From: an uncultured Kiritimatiellota bacterium
GTDB taxonomy: Bacteria > Verrucomicrobiota > Kiritimatiellia > RFP12 > UBA1067
NCBI GenBank assembly: GCA_934643865.1
Contig: CAKUCX010000006.1
Span: forward strand, 16,936 to 80,935
Reading direction: 5' to 3'
DNA: 64,000 nucleotides
Shown: positions 57,887-64,000 of the stretch, in pieces
Layout: each line of letters starts with the position of its first letter
Numbering within the stretch: the first letter of the stretch is position 1
Notes under the pieces: generated by a model
The model's input: only the letters and a program-made list of their open reading frames with translations
Database searches by the model: none
What the model was told of the DNA's origin: nothing
Translations under genes and position numbers: made by a program

Positions 57887-57943
57887 GTTGTTGTTTCGAC
57901 AAACTCGGAACAGGATTTGGAAACACCGAAAACAGGAGAGGCC

Positions 57944-60157
57944 ATGATCGGATGCAGAATGGGGCGTGCGGTACGTTGGGCCATGGGCGCGGCGCTGCTG
58001 GCGTGTGCGGTGCGTGCGTCGGACGCCGTCGAGGACGGGGTGCTGACGCTCGATGCGTCGGATGCGGGACGAACGCTCCAGGCGGCGCTGGCGGCGCGGA
58101 GCCTCGCGCTTGCGGACCTCTCGTCCGTCACGTCGCTCGTCATCGACTGCGTGGGCGTTGTCACGAGCGACGTGGCGTTGGCGGGGTGGTCGGGCGACCT
58201 GCGCATCCGTCCCCAGAGTGTCTTCGAGGTGACGGCGGACGGGGCGCTCGGTACGGCGGACGGGGCAATCTTCATCGAGGACGGCGGGCAGCTGAAGATG
58301 TCCGTCATGACGAAGGCTACATGGAAGCAGACGAAGAAGACGTGTTATTTCGAGGGCGAGGGGCCGGACGGCAACGGCGCGCTCTACTCGATTTCCGCCC
58401 AGCACGAGAACGAGGGCTGCCTGTGGCCCTACCGGCTCGTCATGACGGGCGACGCCACGTGGAAGGCGGCGAATACCTCGCGGACCCAGGATGTCTACGG
58501 CGGGGAACTGGACATGAACGGCCACACGCTCCACTACGGGGTGGATGGACGCTTCCACGGCGTCAAGATCAAGAACCCGGGGCACATCGTCCACTTCTCG
58601 GGCGGGATGCTGATCCAGGGCGGCTGCGACTTCGGCGGCGGCGACACGAACACAATCACGGTGCAGAAGGGGGCGACGATGCGCCAGTGGGGCGGCCCCG
58701 GCGTCACGCCTTGGACGGCGATCTTCAAGCCGGGGTCCAGTCTCTATCCGGGCGCAGGGTCGGGCAACCAGTGGCAGGGTCCCGTCGTTCTGGAGGAGAT
58801 GGTGCCCATGGAGCGGTGGACGGAATGGCCGGGAATGACGTTCTACGGCCCGGTGAGCGGCCCGGGCGGCATCTTCTCCGCCAACAAAGGGGTCTATGGC
58901 GAGCGGATGACGTTGCGCTTCGTCTGTCCGACGAACGACTTCCGGGGCGGTGTCGCGTTGAGGGAATGCGTGCTCGACCTGCCGGTGAACGGCGCGCTGC
59001 CGGCGGACGGCGCAGCGCTCGTGATGACCAATTCGTCCGTGACGCTCTCGGCGGGCGTTGTCTACGACCTGCCGTCGGCGGTCTTCTCCGGGACGGGCAC
59101 CGTCGTGCGCGGATCGGGCGCGTGGCGCGGGAGCGTGACGAAGGAGGAGGCGGGTGAACTCGTCTACGCCTCGGGCGTGGGGGCCGACCTCCTGGACGTG
59201 AAGGGCGGAAGCGTGCGGTTCGCGTGTGACGACAAGGGACTGTACCGGGGCATCGAGGTGGGGACGGTGGCGGACAACACGGCGCTTGCGCTCTTCACCT
59301 CCGATGCCTGTCCCTCGAACGGATGGGCGGCCTTCCCCGAGTATTCCTACCCCGCGATGAACAGTTCGTGGAAGAACTACATGTGCGTGGTCTACACGGG
59401 CTACCTCTGGAACAGGTCGGGCGCGGACGCGGTGTGGACATTCGGGGCCTGCATCGACGACCGCGCACGCCTCATCATCAACGGCGAGACGGTTCTGGAC
59501 TGCACGGCCTGGAACGACCTCAAGTTCGCGCAAGCGACGCTCCGGCCAGGCGCGAACCGGTTCGAGTGGCGTCTGTGCAACGATACGGGCCCGGCGGGCG
59601 GCTCGAACGGCGGCGGCACCCTGAACTGGGAGGCGACGAAGGGCCTCGCCTACCACGTGGGCGCGACGGATTCAAAGGATCCAGCCGACTTCACGGCATT
59701 CACGGCGGATGACGTGGGGACGCTCTTCACGTTCACGGACGGGACGGTGGAGAGTCGACAGGCCCTGCTGCCGGTGTTCGGCACGGTGCGCCTCGCCGCC
59801 GGAACGACGCTGGACCTCGGGGGCGTCGACTACACGGTGAAGGCGATCGAGGGCGTGGGAACCGTGGCGGGCGGTCCGCTCACGGTGACGGAGCGACTGG
59901 TCGCCCCGGCGGCGGCGCTCAAGGCAGGCGGTGTGCTGACGGTCGAGGGGACGCTCGCCTTCGGCGCGGGCTGCGTCCTTGACGTGGACGAGCTGGAGAC
60001 GTTGGCCCACGTGAATGAACTTGTGGTGGCCACGGCGGGGACAATTGCGGGTAAGCCGGCCCTTTCGCCCGCGCTCAAGGCGGCGAACTGGATCGTCGTC
60101 TGCGCGGACGGCAAGGTGACGTTGTGCCGTTCGGGGTTCGCCATCATCTTCCGCTGA
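57944..60157 (+). CDS. Large secreted/surface protein with PA14-like domain and beta-helical passenger-like regions
   Basis: 737 aa with a signal peptide (AMGAALLACAVRA). YTGYLWNRSGADAVWTFGACIDDRARLIINGETVLD is a PA14-like core. Confidence 0.5.
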   Translation: MIGCRMGRAVRWAMGAALLACAVRASDAVEDGVLTLDASDAGRTLQAALAARSLALADLSSVTSLVIDCVGVVTSDVALAGWSGDLRIRPQSVFEVTADGALGTADGAIFIEDGGQLKMSVMTKATWKQTKKTCYFEGEGPDGNGALYSISAQHENEGCLWPYRLVMTGDATWKAANTSRTQDVYGGELDMNGHTLHYGVDGRFHGVKIKNPGHIVHFSGGMLIQGGCDFGGGDTNTITVQKGATMRQWGGPGVTPWTAIFKPGSSLYPGAGSGNQWQGPVVLEEMVPMERWTEWPGMTFYGPVSGPGGIFSANKGVYGERMTLRFVCPTNDFRGGVALRECVLDLPVNGALPADGAALVMTNSSVTLSAGVVYDLPSAVFSGTGTVVRGSGAWRGSVTKEEAGELVYASGVGADLLDVKGGSVRFACDDKGLYRGIEVGTVADNTALALFTSDACPSNGWAAFPEYSYPAMNSSWKNYMCVVYTGYLWNRSGADAVWTFGACIDDRARLIINGETVLDCTAWNDLKFAQATLRPGANRFEWRLCNDTGPAGGSNGGGTLNWEATKGLAYHVGATDSKDPADFTAFTADDVGTLFTFTDGTVESRQALLPVFGTVRLAAGTTLDLGGVDYTVKAIEGVGTVAGGPLTVTERLVAPAAALKAGGVLTVEGTLAFGAGCVLDVDELETLAHVNELVVATAGTIAGKPALSPALKAANWIVVCADGKVTLCRSGFAIIFR

Positions 60158-60245
60158 GGTTACGGTCCGTCGCCGGCGCGGGGACTTTAACCAAAGTCTA
60201 ACCGAATCCACACGCATGCGATTTCCCCCCGCTTCCGCCGATTGG

Positions 60246-63200
60246 CTACTTGCCGCCGGCCGCCAGCGGCCTTTCGCTGACCCAGACCTTGAAGAAGCCG
60301 GACGGGCTGCCGACGGGCTTCCTGACCACGAGACGGGTCGCGGCCGTGGCGGGCGCGGACGCGCCGGGGCAGACGAGCCCGTCCAGCGACGCCGCAGACG
60401 CCGCCGCATAGTAGAGCCCCGGCACGATCTCGACGTTCAGCGTCACGCTCCCCTCGCCGTCTTCCGTCCACGGCCCGTCCGCGATCGCCCCGGATCTCTC
60501 CACCTCGAACGGCGCCTTGAGCGCGACGACCGCCGTCGCGCCGCCGGACGCGATCTCGACCCTGTACGCCTTCCGCGCCACGGGGAAGGCGAAGTCGGAC
60601 TCCGCCAGGGCCACGCCTTCATTCGCCGTCACGACATAGCGGCCGTCACCGCTTTCCGCAATCGTCCCCTTGCCGCCGACGCTGAAGGTCGGCTGGGCAG
60701 GGCCGTCGTGCCATTCGACCGTCATGCCCTGCCACGTGCCGCCCGTCACCTCGTAGGTCGCATTGTTCCTCGGCAGCCGCACGACACAGGCAGCGGAAAC
60801 CCCGTTGAACGCTCCATCCATGTCAACAGTCGGCGCATCGCCGTCAAACGTCACGCTCGTCAGCCCGCTGCAGCCTGAAAACGCATCATACCCGATGCTC
60901 GTCACGCCGGCGGGGATTGTCACGCTGGTCAGACTGCTGCAGTCTTCAAACGCTTCATACCCGATGCTCGTCACGTCGGCGGGGATCGTCACGCCTGTCA
61001 GCCCGCTGCAGCCTTCAAACGCATAGGCCTCGATGCGCGTCACGCCATCGGGGATCGTCACGCCCGTCAGCCCACTGCAGCCGGAGAACGCACCTTTCCC
61101 GATGCGCGTCACGCCGTCGGGGATCGTCACGCCTGTCAGCCCGCTGCAGTCTGAAAACGCCCACTTTCCGATGCTCGTCACGCCGTCGGGGATCGTCACG
61201 CTTGTCAGCCCGCTACAGCCTTCAAACGCCCCTCCCCCGATGCCGCGGATTCCCGTCAGATCCAAGCTGCCGGAAAGAGAATCGGAGCATCCAACCGCCC
61301 ATCCATCGACGAGCTTGACGCCCGAAATCGTGTTCGTGTCAAAGAGCGCGTCGCTGCAGGCAGAGAACGCATTCCACCCGATACTCGTCACGCTGGCGGG
61401 AATCGTCACGCCTGTCAGCCCGCTGCAGCCGGAGAACGCTTCGTCCTCAATGATTGTCACGCCGTCGGGGATCGTCACGTTCGTCAGGCCGCTGCAACCC
61501 TCAAATGCATTCCACCCGATGCTCGTCACGCTGGCGGGGATCGTCATGCCCGTCAGCCCGCTGCAACCGGAGAACGTCCCATCCCCGATGCTCGTCACGC
61601 CGTCGGGGATCGTCACGTCCGTCAGGCCGCTGCAGCCCCCAAACGCATACTCCCCGATGCTCGTCACGCCGTCGGGGATCGTCACGCTTGTCAGCCCGCT
61701 GCAGCCTTCAAACGCCCCGCCCCCGATGCCGCGGATTCCCGTCAGATCCAAGATTCCGGAAAGAGAATCGGAGCATCCAACCGCCCATCCATCGACGAGC
61801 TTGACGCCCGAAATCGTGTTCGTGTCAAAGAGCGCATCGCTGCAGCCGGAGAACGCATTCCACCCGATACTCGTCACGCTGGCGGGGATCGTCATGCTTG
61901 TCAGGCCGCTGCAGCCTGAGAACGCCCAGTCCCCGATGCTCGTCACGCCGTCGGGGATCGTCACGTCCGCCAGCCCGCTGCAGTCTGAGAACGCCCAGTC
62001 CCCGATGCGCGTCACGCTGGCGGGGATTGTTACGCTTGTCAGCCCGCTGCAGCCTGAGAACGCCCCGCCCCCGATGTCCGTTACGCTGGCGGGGATCGTC
62101 ACGTCCGCCAGCCCACTGCAGTCTGAGAACGCCCAGTCCCCGATGTGCGTCACGCTGTCGGGGATCGTCACGCCCGTCAACCCGCTGCAGCCCTGGAACG
62201 CATAGTCCCCGATGCTCGTCACGCCGTTGCCGATCGTCACGCTTGTCAGCCCGCTACATCCCCGGAACGCATAGGCCCCGATGCGCGTCACGCTGGCGGG
62301 GATCGTCACGCTCTCAAGGCCCGCGCAACCTTCGAACGCCCCGTCCTCGATGGATGTCGTGCCGACCGAAATGACAAGGTTGGTCAAATTGTCGAGCGGA
62401 AGGTCACACCGGACTCCCGGCAGGCACGCCTCACGCACGTTGTTGCAGCCGGCAAAAGCCCCATATCCGATGTCCGTCACGTCGGCGGGGATCGTCACGC
62501 TCGTCAGCCCGCTGCAGCCGGCGAACGCCCAGTCCCCGATGTGCGTCACGCTGTCGGGGATCGTCACGCCCGTCAACCCGCTGCAGCCCTGGAACGCATA
62601 GTCCCCGATGCTCGTCACGCCGTTGCCGATCGTCACGCTTGTCAGCCCGCTACATCCCCGGAACGCATAGGCCCCGATGCGCGTCACGCTGGCGGGGATC
62701 GTCACGCTCTCAAGGCCCGCGCAACCTTCGAACGCCCCGTCCTCGATGGATGTCGTGCCGACCGAAATGACAAGGTTGGTCAAATTGTCGAGCGGAAGGT
62801 CACACCGGACTCCCGGCAGGCACGCCTCACGCACGTTGTTGCAGCCGGCAAAAGCCCCATATCCGATGTCCGTCACGTCGGCGGGGATCGTCACGCTCGT
62901 CAGCCCGCTGCAGCCGGCGAACGCCCCATACCCGATGCTCGTCACGCCGTCGGGGATCGTCACGTCCGCCAGCCCGCTGCAGTCTGAGAACGCCCAGTCC
63001 CCGATGCGCGTCACGCTGGCGGGGATTGTTACGCTTGTCAGCCCGCTGCAGCCTGAGAACGCCCCGCCCCCGATGTCCGTTACGCTGGCGGGGATCGTCA
63101 CGTCCGCCAGCCCACTGCAGTCTGAGAACGCCCAGTCCCCGATGTGCGTCACGCTGTCGGGGATCGTCACGCCCGTCAACCCGCTGCAGCCTTTAAACGC

Positions 63201-64000
63201 CCCGCCCCCGATGCCGCGGATTCCCGTCAGATCCAAGATTCCGGAAAGAGAATCGGAGCATCCAACTGCCCATCCATCGACGAGCTTCACGCCTTGAACC
63301 GTGTTCGTGTCAAAGAGCGCATCGCTACATTCTTCAAACGCCCCGATCCCGATGCTCGTCACGCCGTTGCCGATCGTCACGCTTGTCAGCCCACTGCAGC
63401 CGTAAAACGCTCCGTTCCCGATGCGCGTCACGCCGTCGGGGATTGTTACGCTTGTCAGCCCGCTACAGCCGGAGAACGCAGAGGCCCCGATGCTCGTTAC
63501 GCTGGCGGGGATTGCCACGCCTGTCAGCCCACTGCAGTCCTTGAACGCAGAGGCCCCGATGTCCGTCACGCTGACGGGGATCGTCACGCCTGTCAGCCCG
63601 CTGCAGCCGTAGAACGCATAGGCCCCGATGCTCGTCACGCCGTCGGGGATCGTCACGCTTGTCAGCCCGCCGCAATCCTCAAACGCAGAGTCCCCGATGT
63701 GCGTCACGCTGGCGGGGATCGTCACGCCCGTCAACCCGCTGCAGCCCTGGAACGCAGAGGCCCCGATGCTCGTCACGCCGTTGCCAATCGTCACGCCTGT
63801 CAGGCTCTCACAACCGTAGAAAGCGGATTCCCCGATGCTCGTCACGCCGTTGCCGATTGTCACGCTTGTCAGTCCGCTGCAATCCTCAAACGCAGAGTCC
63901 CCGATGTGCGTCACGCTGTCGGGGATCGTCACGCCCGTCAACCCGCTGCAGCCCCGGAACGCATAGGCCCCGATGCTCGTCACGCCGTTGCCGATTGTTA
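60246..64000 (-). CDS. BspA-type leucine-rich-repeat (LRR_5) giant surface protein, 5'-partial (continues beyond window)
   Basis: There are more than 45 repeats of the form IPxxVTxIGxxAFxGCSGLTSVT. The reading frame is still open at 64000. The C-terminal ~190 aa are non-LRR. Confidence 0.85.
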   Translation of the reverse strand, partial: TIGNGVTSIGAYAFRGCSGLTGVTIPDSVTHIGDSAFEDCSGLTSVTIGNGVTSIGESAFYGCESLTGVTIGNGVTSIGASAFQGCSGLTGVTIPASVTHIGDSAFEDCGGLTSVTIPDGVTSIGAYAFYGCSGLTGVTIPVSVTDIGASAFKDCSGLTGVAIPASVTSIGASAFSGCSGLTSVTIPDGVTRIGNGAFYGCSGLTSVTIGNGVTSIGIGAFEECSDALFDTNTVQGVKLVDGWAVGCSDSLSGILDLTGIRGIGGGAFKGCSGLTGVTIPDSVTHIGDWAFSDCSGLADVTIPASVTDIGGGAFSGCSGLTSVTIPASVTRIGDWAFSDCSGLADVTIPDGVTSIGYGAFAGCSGLTSVTIPADVTDIGYGAFAGCNNVREACLPGVRCDLPLDNLTNLVISVGTTSIEDGAFEGCAGLESVTIPASVTRIGAYAFRGCSGLTSVTIGNGVTSIGDYAFQGCSGLTGVTIPDSVTHIGDWAFAGCSGLTSVTIPADVTDIGYGAFAGCNNVREACLPGVRCDLPLDNLTNLVISVGTTSIEDGAFEGCAGLESVTIPASVTRIGAYAFRGCSGLTSVTIGNGVTSIGDYAFQGCSGLTGVTIPDSVTHIGDWAFSDCSGLADVTIPASVTDIGGGAFSGCSGLTSVTIPASVTRIGDWAFSDCSGLADVTIPDGVTSIGDWAFSGCSGLTSMTIPASVTSIGWNAFSGCSDALFDTNTISGVKLVDGWAVGCSDSLSGILDLTGIRGIGGGAFEGCSGLTSVTIPDGVTSIGEYAFGGCSGLTDVTIPDGVTSIGDGTFSGCSGLTGMTIPASVTSIGWNAFEGCSGLTNVTIPDGVTIIEDEAFSGCSGLTGVTIPASVTSIGWNAFSACSDALFDTNTISGVKLVDGWAVGCSDSLSGSLDLTGIRGIGGGAFEGCSGLTSVTIPDGVTSIGKWAFSDCSGLTGVTIPDGVTRIGKGAFSGCSGLTGVTIPDGVTRIEAYAFEGCSGLTGVTIPADVTSIGYEAFEDCSSLTSVTIPAGVTSIGYDAFSGCSGLTSVTFDGDAPTVDMDGAFNGVSAACVVRLPRNNATYEVTGGTWQGMTVEWHDGPAQPTFSVGGKGTIAESGDGRYVVTANEGVALAESDFAFPVARKAYRVEIASGGATAVVALKAPFEVERSGAIADGPWTEDGEGSVTLNVEIVPGLYYAAASAASLDGLVCPGASAPATAATRLVVRKPVGSPSGFFKVWVSERPLAAGGK
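62127..62926. repeat. Perfect 396-bp tandem duplication (2.02 units) inside the LRR gene
   Basis: 62127-62530 reads identically to 62523-62926 in a line-by-line comparison. The encoded 132-aa block is duplicated exactly. Confidence 0.85.

Overview
High-GC (roughly two-thirds G+C by eye) bacterial chromosomal segment. The gene content is dominated by secreted glycan-degrading enzymes: GH43, clan GH-A TIM barrels, a GH78-like enzyme, a BNR propeller, a beta-helix protein, several SGNH/GDSL esterases and TAT-exported Gfo/Idh/MocA oxidoreductases. It also holds giant surface proteins (PA14-like, BspA-type LRR), an LVIVD propeller and a sigma54 two-component operon ending in a Ser/Thr kinase. This fits a polysaccharide-foraging member of the PVC group (Kiritimatiellota, Lentisphaerota or Verrucomicrobiota); that assignment is inference only. 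Housekeeping genes recognised are hemL, tpiA, pssA, dgt and a parvulin PPIase. I support about 44 CDS, many joined by 4-nt ATGA/GTGA overlaps. Most long ORFs on the opposite strand are GC-driven artefacts. Accessory or unusual content: (1) an AT-richer insertion bracketed by a 76-bp direct repeat, carrying an AlbA_2/HATPase_c_4 gene, a T5orf172-DUF4268 gene and a RhuM fragment; (2) an XhoI/PaeR7I-like type II R-M pair; (3) an eroded type II CRISPR-Cas locus with N-truncated cas1, cas2 and one solitary repeat-like 47-mer but no cas9 or array, abutting a G16 tract; (4) a consensus promoter with a G10 tract in its spacer upstream of a PA14-like surface protein; (5) a recurrent TGCTATACT-N7-ATG leaderless-type start architecture; (6) odd octamer and heptamer arrays flanking pssA; (7) a dispersed structured repeat family and a 1.6-kb non-coding region with perfect 26-bp inverted repeats; (8) perfect 396-bp tandem duplications inside the LRR gene. 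No rRNA or tRNA gene was recognised.
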